DNA from: Octopus vulgaris
Taxonomy: Eukaryota
Assembly: GCA_951406725.2 (NCBI GenBank)
Contig: OX597814.1
Span: 214,024,001 to 214,088,000, forward strand
DNA: 64,000 nt
Direction of reading: 5' to 3'
Below, piece after piece: positions 1-11,688 of the stretch (positions are counted from its first letter, which is position 1; the number at the start of each line of letters is the position of its first letter). Below the pieces are notes generated by a model. It saw only the letters and a program-made list of their open reading frames with translations, was not told where the DNA came from and did no database searches. The position numbers and the translations under genes were made by a program.

Positions 1-124
1 AGATGTAGTTATAGATATACATATGTATGTATATTTTATTATTTTAAACCTTCCACTGAGGAGGGAGCCGGTTTCCAACAAGGATACAAGGATACAAAGC
101 TCCAAATTTGGGATACAAATTCAC

Positions 125-500
125 ATTTAGAACTTGAGAAAAGTCTTGCATATTTTTACTGTTCCACTCACAGATTACACTTGTAATGTTCGAATTAGCC
201 GGTCGATTTCTCCTTCTAAAAATCCCAGTTTATCCTGGTTCTCCTTTAAGCATTTACTAACAAAATCTAGTGCTCCAGTTATTGGAAAGTATGTGAATTC
301 AAAGTCTTGATATAGAAGCTGGAGGTTTTGATTTTCAGAGATAATTATATTTGTAGGGCAGCTAGCCTATGGCGGTACATACCTTTACCCCTCTGTCCCA
401 AACAACAATATCTCGGTCTGTTATGTTTACATTTGACAGAAGTTTTGATGAGAATATTCCACCAGTATTCCTTAAGTTGGTGTTTATGAATTTGTTCGTA
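125..500 (-). mobile_element. Decayed 3' part of an RLE-type (R4/NeSL-like) non-LTR retrotransposon
   Basis: Minus strand gives HNRP-DIVVWDR (restriction-like endonuclease PD motif, frameshifted) and the C-terminus GTVKICKTFLKF*; truncated upstream by a MITE at 505. Confidence 0.6.
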
Positions 501-504
501 TGTA

Positions 505-1009
505 CCATAAATCCTCGAGTATAATACGCAGGGGATTTTTAGGAGGCTGTACCTCTGAAAAACCTAAACCTTGTGTATAATACGCAACCCTTCTCTAACT
601 TGAGTCAAGGAGGTCTATATAACGTCCTTGGTTTGTAAAACTGTATACGGTAACGTCCTTTATTATTATTGTATATATAACATAATGCAAACGTGTAGCC
701 TTTTTGTGAATTTTGTTTGCAGAAAATAAAGAAATAACAATAATAACAGTAATAACGTTTAATAAATGTTGCTTATTGCAAGTTATGGATTATTCTTTTA
801 TGACTTCATTGCTTTTAGGCTTAGCTCAAGATATTTTCGTCGCCCAACACCACAAAATGCATCTGAATAAACATTGCCGGACAGCAAATAGAGACTCGGA
901 CATTGCTTAGAAAATAATTTTCATTTTTAACCTCGTATATAGTACGCACTAGGGATTTTGACCTTTAAATTTTGGGGGGGAAATGCGGATTATACTCGAG
1001 GATTTACGG
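505..1009. mobile_element. Tc1/pogo-like MITE
   Basis: TIRs CCATAAATCCTCGAGTATAA / TTATACTCGAGGATTTACGG, flanked by TA on both sides; no ORF. Confidence 0.8.
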
Positions 1010-1349
1010 TATGCAGATAATGAGAGATGCGTGAGGAAGTATAATTATGAGAGTGAGATAGACAGATTTTTAAAAAGACTGAATGAGAAAGAAAAACTAA
1101 GCTTAACGTGACAAGCTGACAATGTTGCTATACTTTACACTAACACTCCTATTCAACTACTCACTCCAATATAACTTTTAGTCTCCTTATGTTTTTCTTC
1201 ACTCATCCCTACATTAGTCCAAGAGAACCTCAAACCAGAGATTTTTTTTTCTCGTGTATTATTTTCCATTGCATCTGAATCTCCTTTCAAAGTTTGCTAA
1301 AGATTCGTTGAAAACTGGCGACGGTTGTTCAAGACAAACAGCGAAACTT

Positions 1350-1423
1350 ACACGCGCGCACACACAAACGCACACACACACACACACATACACACACGCA
1401 TACAAACACACACTCTCTATATG

Positions 1424-1503
<80 letters not shown>

Positions 1504-1552
1504 TATATATATACACACACATATGTTTGTGTATGTATGTGTATATATATAT
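1350..1552. repeat. (CA)n plus long (TA)n microsatellite
   Basis: Direct reading; explains the YIYI/THTH ORFs. Confidence 0.95.
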
Positions 1553-1965
1553 ATACTCTTTACTTTTTTACTCTTTTACTTGTTTCAGTCATTTAACTGC
1601 GGCCATGCTGGAGCACCGCTTTTAATCGAGCAACTCGACCCCCGGGACTTATTCTTTGTAAGCCCAGTACTTATTCTATCGGTCTCTTTTTGCCGAACCG
1701 CTATGACACACCATAAACACACCAGCTTCGGTTGTCAAGCAATGCTAGAGGAACAAACACAGACACACAAACATACACGCACACACATATATATATATAT
1801 ACATATATACGACGGGCTTCTTTCAGTTTCCGTCTACCAAATCCACTCACAAGGCTTTGGTCGGCCCGAGGCTATAGTAGAAGACACTTGCCCAAGGTGC
1901 CACGCGGTGGGACTGAACCCGGAAGCATGTGGTTGGTAAGCAAACAACTTACCACACAGCCACTC

Positions 1966-1967
<2 letters not shown>
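1553..1967 (-). mobile_element. SINE family A (tRNA-like head, internal (TA)n, (AAGAGTA)n tail)
   Basis: Head AGGAGTGGCTGTGTGGTAAG...GGTTCAGTCCC (A/B boxes), then CCTTGGGCAAGT; near-identical copies elsewhere in the window. Confidence 0.85.
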
Positions 1968-2055
<88 letters not shown>

Positions 2056-2072
2056 CATACATATATATATAT
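1968..2072. repeat. (TA)n microsatellite
   Basis: Direct reading. Confidence 0.95.
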
Positions 2073-3147
2073 CCACTTATCCACTCTTGTATTATTTAGA
2101 AAAGTAAATCAAGTTAAAATCGCAACAGGTTCCACCAAAGCAGAAAGAAGTTTCCGTTGAAGAATAGTATTTGTAGTGATAAAAGTGCAAGCTTACCAAC
2201 GGAATGCATCGTACTTTATGACAATCGATTTCTGAGAGAACCCATTAAGCCTCCGGTGCTCGTTATTGTTTTCCAAATGATGGATGAGATGCCATCGATC
2301 CACTGTAGGTTTCTGGAGTTTGAGTGCATCCCATGCAAAACCAACTTATAAGCAATTACTGCAATATATATTTATATATATAATTGCTTAAACTCTTCAA
2401 GAGAAAAATAAATATATCAGCAGAAGTATCGTTTCTTTTCGAATATTGACCTATAGATGTTGAGGTTAAGTATCTCCGTATTAGTTTCCACAGTTTTGGA
2501 GGGCTTCTCTGGAGTATTATTCCTCCTCATCCTCCTCCTCTTTCTCCTCTTATTCCTCTGAACATCTTATAAAGAGATATCTTCCTTTCTTTATATAGAA
2601 TTGTCCGTTTCGCATTGCAACAAATGCTGAAAGTAGAAATTGTATCTTCCAACACGCTAATGCTTGTGGTTCGAAATTATTTTCTAAGTGTCAGTTCCAT
2701 AATGACTTGGCACATTCATTAAATTTGCTATGATTAATAAAGCAAATCAAATATACAATAATATGCGTGTGTGTGTATGTGTGTGTATGTGTGTGAATGT
2801 GTGTGTGTGTGTCTGTCTGTGTTGTAATGTAAATATGTAAATAGAATTTTACAGTTGATTTTAACACAAACCTAAGAAATTACTTTCTTCTTGTACTTGT
2901 TTCTCAACACCATTTTAAAGCTTTAGTCAAAAAAGTCGATTCAAGTACTTTCTTTATGTCTGGAACTTATTTTAATGGTCTTTTGCAGAACCACCAAACT
3001 ACGGGTATGTAACTAAACCAATATCGGTTTTCAAGCGGAGTACGAACAAATTCTTGTTTTCTCCATTTCAGAGTACACAACTTGCCGTAAATTTTTGATT
3101 CTAACACTTTTTTCCGATTTATTTATGGAATATTATATAGTAAACAT

Positions 3148-3531
3148 GGAAGCACTCCGTCGGTTACGACGACGAGGGTTCCGGTTTATCCGATCAACGG
3201 AACAGCCTGCTCGTGAAATTAACGTGTAAGTGGCTGAGCACTCCACAGACACGTGTACCCTTAACGTAGTTCTCGGGGATATTCAGCGTGACACAGAGAG
3301 TGACAAGGCCGGCCCTTTGAAATACAGGTACAACAGAAACAGGAAGTAAGAGTGAGAGAAAGTTGTGGTGAAAGAGTACAGCAGGGATCACCACCATCCC
3401 CTGCCGGAGCCTCATGGAGCTTTAGATGTGATTTCGCTCAATAAACACTCACAACGCCCGGTCTGAGAATCGAAACCGCGATCCTATGACCGCGAGTCCG
3501 CTGCCCTAACCACTGGGCCATTGCGCCTCCA
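3148..3531 (-). mobile_element. SINE family D (tRNA-derived)
   Basis: Head TGGAGGCGCAATGGCCCAGTGGTTAGGGC...GGTTTCGATTC; TSD ATAGTAAACAT on both sides; copies at 5878 and 61884. Confidence 0.85.
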
Positions 3532-4789
3532 CATAGTAAACATATATCTATAATGATAAAAGTTAAATTCTGTCTGTCCGTCTGAGACCCTGTATCTCAG
3601 GCTACATTTGCTCTACATAGAAATATTATACCTTTTTGGAATCAGTATGATCCCGGAATTGAAAATCTGCCCTTCATTTGGTCCTTGAACACCTAGCATT
3701 GGGATCTGATTTAAAAGTATTTGGCTTGCTATTTCTAGAAGGTAAAGCTTGGATGATTCGTGCTATCATGGTGGCGTTTGTCAGATGACGTCAGATATTA
3801 AGAGGGAGATAAATGACATTTGCTTTGTTAATTTTACGTCGAGATTAAGAACTTTGGGACAAAATCGCCAATAGTTGTAATCCAACTTGGAACTGGAACA
3901 ATTGAATGATTGCATTACAGAATTAATTCTCCTACTGATCCTCCGATGAGAAATCTATTAACCGTACTTCTCTTTACTACAATGACGTTAAAAGACGGTG
4001 TTTACATACAGAACAAAGCTGATATTCATAAACACAAACGAAAATAGGAAACTAAATACTATATGACATAATCCCCTCTATAGTTTTATATATGTCCATT
4101 TCAATGTTTCCAAGACTTTCTTAACCTCATGAATAAACATTATCCCGCAGACCTTAACTTCTGATCAAACACCACCGGGGCATATAGTCGTTATAGACGT
4201 ATTATAGCCATGCAATTTAGGTCTCTTTAGTTTTGGGGTCGCAAGCCCAATTAGCCTCTGTGGGAGCTAACTTAAAAGTCCGCACGGAGTGCAGCTTTTT
4301 AAGTTAGTTATATAATAAACATGGGTTTACTATTCTGAAAGATAAAACTAGTATAGAAGTTAAAATTTAAAGTTAGGGATTAAGACTTAAGAACTAGAGT
4401 TAAAAATCGGGGATGGATGTATAGTTTACCGCCTAGGGCTAAGGTTTGGGATTAGGATTACGATCAGGGTTGACAAGAGAAGATGAAAATTGAAAACATT
4501 GAACCGTGAATTTTTAACAGAATCTTATTTCTCAATGTTTGCATCTTAGAAATTTGAAGAAACTTAAATGGGTCACTTATCTGAGATAGTAGAGTTTTGT
4601 TTCGTCTATTGTAGTTATTTTATAACAACTAATGATTCGAACATTAATCTTATTATGCATATTAGGAATTCTTTGCTATTTTATGATTATTCTTTTGAAG
4701 ACAGTAATCGTTCAGTAATCGTTTGATGTAATCATAGTATCGTATGATTGGACTGGAGGCTGTGAATCAATAAGATTGTACATCTGAGA

Positions 4790-5110
4790 CTTATTTCTTT
4801 ATTGCCCACAAGGGGCTAAACATAGAGGGGACAAAGAAGGGCAGACAAAGGGAAGGGATTAAGTCGATTACAACGACCCTACTGCGTAACTGGTACTTAA
4901 TTTATCGACCCCGAAAGGATGAAAAGCAAAGTCGACCTCGGCGGAATTTGAACTCAGAAAGTAACGGCAGTCGAAATACCTATTTCTTTACTACCCACAA
5001 GGGGCTAAGCACAGAGAGGACAAACAAGGACAGACAAACGGATTAAGTCGATTATATCGACCTCAGTGCGTAACTGGTACTTATTAACGTTTCTACCAGC
5101 TCGCCGCCTA
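4790..5110 (-). mobile_element. SINE family B, tandem/rearranged dimer
   Basis: Contains GTCGACTTTGCYTTTCATCCTTTCGGGGTCGATAAATTAAGTACCAG; flanked by direct repeat ATTGTACATCTGRGACTTATTTC. Confidence 0.8.
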
Positions 5111-5475
5111 ATTGTACATCTGGGACTTATTTCGGAAGAGATTCTGTTCTACATAATTTGGTCCCTTCTAGGATAACTATCTATTCATTTTGCAAAGTGT
5201 AAATGGCCACACAATGAATATTGTGAGGAAGGACTCGTCAACATATGAGAAGAATTAGATTTTAAGCCCAGACTAGATACAAATCTAAGTGTAGTTAATC
5301 TTTTTATAACTTTAGATTCAAGTACTTACCGATAAATATTATCCTTATTATGAACTTAATTATTAAGAAATTGCAGTATATTAACATGAACTCTAACTGT
5401 CCCCCACACTTATCCAATAATATTAGCAAGCGTGGTTATGTGGTAAGAAGCAAGCTTCTTGCCACATAACCACGC

Positions 5476-5645
5476 TAGCTGGCAGAAACGTTAGCACGCC
5501 AGGCGATATGCGTAGCCGTATTTCGTCTGCCGTTAAGTTCTGAGTTCAAATTCCACCGAGGTCGACTTTGCCTTTCATCCTTTGGGGGTCGATTAAATAA
5601 GTACCAGTTACGCACTGGGATCGATATAATCGACTTAATCCGTTA
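5476..5645 (+). mobile_element. SINE family B, partial
   Basis: GCTGGCAGAAACGTTAGCACG...GAGTTCAAATTCC (B box) plus the central domain. Confidence 0.8.
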
Positions 5646-8382
5646 ATGACATTTTACTTTTCTTTTTTCTCTTTTTTCCCGTATATCATATTTGTCATGA
5701 TTTTTTTTCTATCCTTTATACATTGTGCAGAATGTCAGGGCCACCAGTTAAGAAACGATGTCATTCAACTGAAGAGGTTATTAGAGAGTTTCAAAAATAC
5801 TGGACTGAAAAGTTTGGAATGATTAAGAGAGACAATAAAACATTATGCATTTTCCGTTCCAAAACTGTTGTTTGTGGTGGAAGCACTCCGTCGGTTACGG
5901 CGACGAGGGTTCCGGTTGATCCGAATCAACGGAACAGCCTGCTCGTGAAATTAACGTGTAAGTGGCTGAGCACTCCACAGACACGTGTACCCTTAACGTA
6001 GTTCTCGAGGATATTCAGCGTGACACAAGAGAGTGACAAGGCCGGCCCTTTGAAATACAGGTACAACAGAAAACAGGAAGTAAGAGTGAGAGAAAATTGT
6101 GGTGAAAGAGTACAGCAGGGTTCACCACTATCCCCTGCCGGAGCCTCGTGGAGCTTTAGGTGTTTTCGCTCAATAAACACACACAACGCCCGGTCTGGGA
6201 ATCGAAACCGCGATCCTACGACCGCGAGTCCGCTGCCCTAACTACTGGGCCATGGCGCCTCCTGTTGTTTGTAGAACTTCTGTAAAAGAAGAATTTTGAA
6301 AATGTTCATCAGAGCAGAGCAATAAAACTGAGGAGGAACAAAGAGAATTAATTTCTCGTGAATTCAGCAAAACAAAAAAAAAATCATGCTGATACAGGAA
6401 AGCCACTCAGCGATGGGGAGTATATTAAAGAAGCTTGGCTAGAGTGTGCACCTTTCCTTTTTGACAATTTTTCAGAAAAGGAAAAAATTATTCAGCACAT
6501 AAAAGAATTGTCTGTGAGTAGGAAAACAGTTAAGGATAGAACATTTAAGCTAGAGAAGAATACTTCTAAACAATTGACAAAAGATTTGTCTTCATGTAAG
6601 TTTTTTTTTTTTCTATCTTTATTGATGAAAGTACGGACGTTACATCATCATCTAGGTTAGCCATTTTTTTCTGGATTCTGTAAAGGTGATGAAATATGTG
6701 AAGATATGGTTGCCCTTCTAACACTGCCTGAGCGTACTACCGGGGCTGAAATATATAAAGCAGCTGTGAATGAATTGACATTTCAAAAGTAGTATCCATC
6801 ACAACAGATGGTGCCCCTAGCATGACTGGTGAGAAGGCAGGATTTTTAAATCTGTTTGCAAAAGAGGTTAGTCATAGACTGGTTGAATTTCATTGCATCA
6901 TACATGAGAAGGTTGCAAAAAGCTGGTCTGAAGGAACTTCAGGAAGTGATGCAAACTGTTACCAAGGTTGTTAATTACATTTCTTGCTCGCGCTTTAAAT
7001 AAGAGACAATTTCAAGTTTACTGAATGAGGTAGAATCTGTGTATAAAGGACTGAAAACATACAACAATGTTCGATGGCTTGGCCGAGGTTTGGTTCTGAA
7101 ATGATTTGTTGAATGCTTAAATGAGATGAAGTTATTTTTGAATGACCAACATGTTTCGTATTATGAATTGTCTGACAACATGTGGGTTTATAAACTGGTA
7201 TCTTTTGCAGATTTTTGTGAACATTTGAATGACTTGAATGTTAAATTACAGGGTTCTTGTAAGACACTTGATGTTATGTTTGGTTACATAAAGGCTTTTG
7301 AAATGAAACCAGAAATGTTTAAGAAGGATGTGGACAATGAGAGACTGAGATACTTCCCAAACTTAAAGAAGCCCATCAATGATCTCTCAAGTAACGACAG
7401 AGCAGAGCGCTAACATCTTCAAAAGCTGTTTGCAAACATTATCGAGCTAACAGTTGAGCAGTTTTTTTTACAAGGTTTGCTAAATACAGGAAACTGGAAG
7501 AGACAGCAAAATTCATGAAGTTTTCAGATATGATCAAACTGGAAGAACTAAACTTACAAATGTTTTCATGGATAGAAATGATTGATTTTGAAATGCAGAT
7601 GATTGAATTTCAAAGTAGCTCAATTTGGAAGCAAATATTTATTGACCTTAGAGTTGACTTAGAAAATATTGATAAAAAAGCGATTAGAGACAGGAGTACC
7701 AGAGAGGAATGCGGAAAATGAATTATTAAGGACTCGAAATACCCTTCCAGAAACTTTTACCAGTTTAAAAAACTTTGCAACATCACTAATATCCGTGTTT
7801 TCATCAATATATGCTTGTGAATCCTTGTTCTCGGTGATGAACTTTGCTAAGTCTTGTAATAGGAGTAACCTGACGGATGAAACTAGTAGTGCATGCATAT
7901 CTCTGGAGGTTACGAAATATAAACCCGATACAAAATCTCTGACATCAGTGATAATACTGTATATATATGTATAATACTGTATATACATGTATATCGAAAA
8001 GAGTCAGCAAGTCTTCTATTAAACTGATATTTCATCTAACTGATGTTTTCTTTTCAAAGTAGCAAAGGTTGTCTGCAAGTTTTCTACCGGACTGATTTTT
8101 AATCTGAAGTTTTCTTTTGAAAGAGGAAAAGGTTTATTATTGCTTAGATGTAACTTTGAAAGTGAATAAATACATTATTCATTCATCATTATATATTGTG
8201 TTTTACTACTCTATGGTGATTTTTTTTATCATTTAATAAATGAGTTCTTAACATACACTTTCTTAAGAGATATCAGGTAGCTTAATATGTTCTCAAAAAA
8301 ATTTGGTTGGCACGTGGAAGAATTTTGTGTCAGAGATTTTGTCAGTTTTGGCACGCACTCTTATAAAGATTGCCCACCCTTG
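5646..8382 (+). mobile_element. Decayed hAT transposon (SPIN/Buster-like, GTF2IRD2/EPM2AIP1-type transposase pseudogene)
   Basis: Fragmented peptides REFQKYWTEKFG, GKPLSDGEYIKE, SITTDGAPSM, FHCIIH, NVRWL, HLNDLNVKLQG, FSSIYACESLFSVMN; many stops and frameshifts; 3' TIR TTGCCCACCCTTG followed by GTCTAAGC; 5' TIR not found; interrupted by a family D SINE. Confidence 0.85.
5878..6261 (-). mobile_element. SINE family D inserted in the hAT transposase
   Basis: Near-identical to 3148-3531; TSD TGTTGTTTGT. Confidence 0.9.
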
Positions 8383-8844
8383 GTCTAAGCCCTTAGTTTA
8401 TCGAACTAAGTTAAACAGAAAGAATTTATAGGACTTATTGGAAAGCCTTGCGAAAAAAGAGATTTGTATGCATTCAGACACTTTGAAACACGCTTCACAG
8501 TCCAGGTATAGCTTGAATTGAAAGGGCGGTAATAAAATTATAGACAATTATAAATTATTAAAGGTCATAATATTTATTATAACAGAACGTGTCTTTTATA
8601 CTTCCAGAAGTGCACTCTTCTCAAAGAAGTATAGCAGCCTATCATAGATTTTAGTAACTTTGAACTGAAGGTTGGAATTGATGAATTCTTACATAGACGT
8701 TTATTGGGGAATTTTCAAATAATATTGGCTAAAGTCGTTTATTTCTCACATAATGGATTTACCATATACAGAAAATGAAATAACATTCAGATATTCAACT
8801 CAAAAACTTCAAAATAAAAGCTACTTTCTTTACTTTCGTATATA

Positions 8845-9243
8845 TCTTTATATATAAAAGTCAAGTTGTGTGTCTGTCTCCTACGATTTAGATTCCTAAC
8901 TACTCCCACATTTTGCGGTGCAGTGTAACCAAAACCGGGTATCTTATAGTCGTGATTCATATCGAGCCCTTCTGGGTATTAGCACGAGTCTACGATGAGT
9001 CTACGATTTAAAAAAAAATTTACCATCATTTTTTCCATTTTAATGCATTTTTTTCGCTATTATATAAGGGAAGTAACTCTCTAAAAATGTCTACGATGAG
9101 TCGACGATTTAAAAAAAATTTACCATCATTTTTTTTTTCCATTTTTAATGCATTTTTTTGCTATTTTTTGGCTATAACTCTCTAAAAATGCTTATATAGT
9201 TATTTCCCTTACAAACCCGAGCAACGCCGGGCGATACTGCTAG
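8845..9243 (+). mobile_element. Non-autonomous Helitron, copy 1
   Basis: A|TC start, CTAG|T end, subterminal hairpin CCCGAGCAACGCCGGG, internal ~100-bp duplicated subunit. Confidence 0.85.
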
Positions 9244-9459
9244 TTGTTCATAAGAGACTAAAGGCATAAAAATTTCATATTTTTGCATGTGAGCAGATAA
9301 ATGTATCACGTGTCTTTCGTATGAAAATTGAATAGATGAATGTGTGACGCATTTTCTAACATTTTCGACAAATTTCGATGACTACTTCTGTTTACTTATA
9401 TTTTTGGTTATATATTTTCAAAGCTGCTTCCTTTCTATCGTCGTTTGAATAATTGATGA

Positions 9460-9620
9460 CAGGAGTGGCTGTGTGGTAAGTAGCCTGTCTACCAACCACA
9501 TGGTTCCAGGTTCAGTCCCACTGCGTGGCACCTTGGGCAAGTGTCTTCTACTATAGCCTCGGGCCGACCAATGCCTTGTCAGTGGATTTGGTAGACGGAA
9601 ACTGAAAGAAGCCCGTCGTA

Positions 9621-9684
<64 letters not shown>

Positions 9685-9910
9685 TGCGTGTGTTTGTGTG
9701 TCTGTGTTTGTCCCTCTAGCATTGCTTGACAACCGATGCTGGTGTGTTTATGTCCCCGTCACTAAGCGGTTCGGCAAAAGAGACCGATAGAATAAGTACT
9801 GGGCTTACAAAAGAATAAGTTCCGGGGTCGAGTTGCTCGATTAAAGGCGGTGCTCCAGCATGGCCGCAGTCAAATGACTGAAACAAGTAAAAGAGAGTAA
9901 AGAGTAAGAG
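9460..9910 (+). mobile_element. SINE family A
   Basis: Full copy with long internal (TA)n. Confidence 0.9.
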
Positions 9911-10053
9911 TATATGACTGAGTATTACAATTCAAAAATCTTCAGATTCTAATAAAGTATGATACACTATACTTTATTTATTAAGTACTGTTTCTTCGTT
10001 TGCGAATACAAATTATACATGTGTAGATATGTGCATTATATATGCATTACATT

Positions 10054-10479
10054 ACTACTTACTTGTACTTGTGACGGCATTCACCCATGGCGGGTTGAGC
10101 CGGCTTCTCTGTTCCTAACGGCATCACGGTGACCAAAGGGCGAATCTACCAGGCCGTCGTTCGAACTATCCTCCTCTATGGTTGCGAAACATGGCCTATA
10201 AGGGTAGTCGATCAGCGAGGGTTGGAGGTGTTCGACAATGACTGTCTCCGCCGGATTCTTCGCAGCCGACGCATTGATCGGGTTCCTACAACCGGTCTTC
10301 GTTGTCGCCTGAATCTCCGGCCCCTCCCTTCGGTGCATCTACAACGGCGCTTAAGGTGGTTCGGTCATGCGGCCCGGCGTCCATATAGTGAGCTGATTCG
10401 CAATGTCCTCCTCCCATCTCCACTTCCCAGCTGGCGCAAACGCACGGGCCGGCAGCTGAAGACCTGGGCAACGACGATG
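10054..10479. mobile_element. RTE-clade LINE fragment with 5' inversion
   Basis: + strand 10110-10479 encodes an RT C-terminal region (KGRIYQAVVRTILLYGCETW...RRLRWFGHAARRP...GRQLKTW); 10054-10108 is the element 3' end/tail on -; TSD TGCATTACATT. Confidence 0.8.
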
Positions 10480-10497
10480 TGCATTACATTCATTATA

Positions 10498-10882
10498 TCT
10501 TTATATATAAAAGAGAGGTTGAGTGCTGTCTGTCTCCTACGATTTAGATTCCTAACTACTCCCACATTTTGCGGTGTAGTGTAACCAAAAGCGGGTATCT
10601 TATAGTCGTGATTCATATCGAGCCCTTCTGGATATTAGCGCGCGTCTACAATGAATCTACGATTTTAAAAAAAATTTACCATCATTTTTTCCATTTTAAT
10701 GCATTTTTCGCTATTATATAAGGGAAGTAACTCTCTAAAAATGTCTACGATGAGTCAACGATTTTTAAAAAAATTTACCATCATTTTTTTTCCATTTTTA
10801 ATGCATTTTTTGCTATAACTCTCTAAAAATGCTTATAGTTATTTCCCTTACAAATCCGAGCAACGCCGGGCGATACTGCTTG
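10498..10882 (+). mobile_element. Non-autonomous Helitron, copy 2
   Basis: Same sequence as 8845-9243; ends CTTG|T. Confidence 0.85.
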
Positions 10883-11241
10883 TATTTTATAATTAAAAAA
10901 CAAATTATAAGGGTGGCTTTCTATCTTCCAGTAACTAACTGTTGCTTTGCAATTTATACTTACTATGACAGACCGGAGTGATTAGAAATAGCAGTCAAAA
11001 CCACAAGCCTTGTATTAAAAACGGAAGACGAAAAGCTTCCAGGATATTATTTGTATGAGGAAAACAAGGCAAACGATGGGTGGACAGCAGAAGATGTGGA
11101 TGTATGTAATTACATCTAAGATTAAATAAAAATAACGGCAGCGGACATCAAAAAATACAGGTCTGATCCCTTCCTGGAAGGTGGTAGAAGCGATGTCAGG
11201 ATATTAAGTCTGTTTTTAATTTGTTTATATCTCCCGGGTGG

Positions 11242-11433
11242 GAGATGGGCTGAATCCTGGAAGTACTGCTATACCAGGCCAACCCGTGGCAAAGGCGGAG
11301 CAAGCCCCTAACTCTTCGCCTCGTTCTAAAAATCAGTTTAATATCGATGGTCCCAAATAGGGACCGTATCAGATATTAAGCTGATAAGAACAGATACTAC
11401 ACTTTGATCTTAGCCAAAAGGCCGAGAAGCGAT
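11242..11433 (-). ncRNA. U2: U2 spliceosomal snRNA
   Basis: 5' ATCGCTTCTCGGCCTTTTGGCTAAGATCAAAGTGTAGTATCTGTTCTTATCAGCTTAATATCTGATA (branch-point recognition GTAGTA), stem IIb GGTCCC/GGGACC, Sm site ATTTTTAG, stem III, stem-loop IV CCTGG...CCAGG; 3' end approximate. Confidence 0.96.
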
Positions 11434-11466
11434 AATTTTTACCCTAGCTTAGAAATATTATACCTA

Positions 11467-11485
11467 TTTCTATTTAGTATAGTGA
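11467..11485 (-). promoter_or_regulatory. Possible snRNA proximal sequence element
   Basis: TCACTATACTAAATAGAAA at about -52 to -34 resembles a vertebrate-type PSE (TCACCNTNASTNAAAAG) but sits somewhat closer than usual. Confidence 0.35.
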
Positions 11486-11688
11486 CTGATTTATACTTAC
11501 ACTTATATAGCTGTATTTAATTAGTTCTTCCATATTTTGTAATATCTTTTATTTTATTTCGTAGTAGTTGTTTTATTTAATCCTTTCAATCTGAGAATTT
11601 TAATATTTCTTTTTTTTTTTAAATGATATTATCCTAAGCGTAATCTGTAATTGTGTTGATTTGATAATAAACGTGAATGAAAATTACG

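Noticed and set aside
1254-2160. ORFs rich in YI/TH/VC dipeptides (also 13169-14057, 15577-15854, 27748-28041, 57325-57573, 59806-60256)
   Set aside because: Translations of microsatellites.
3455-3531. tRNA-like sequences (also 6190-6261, 50477-50550, 51340-51415)
   Set aside because: SINE heads with A/B boxes followed by SINE bodies, several with clear TSDs; not independent tRNA genes.
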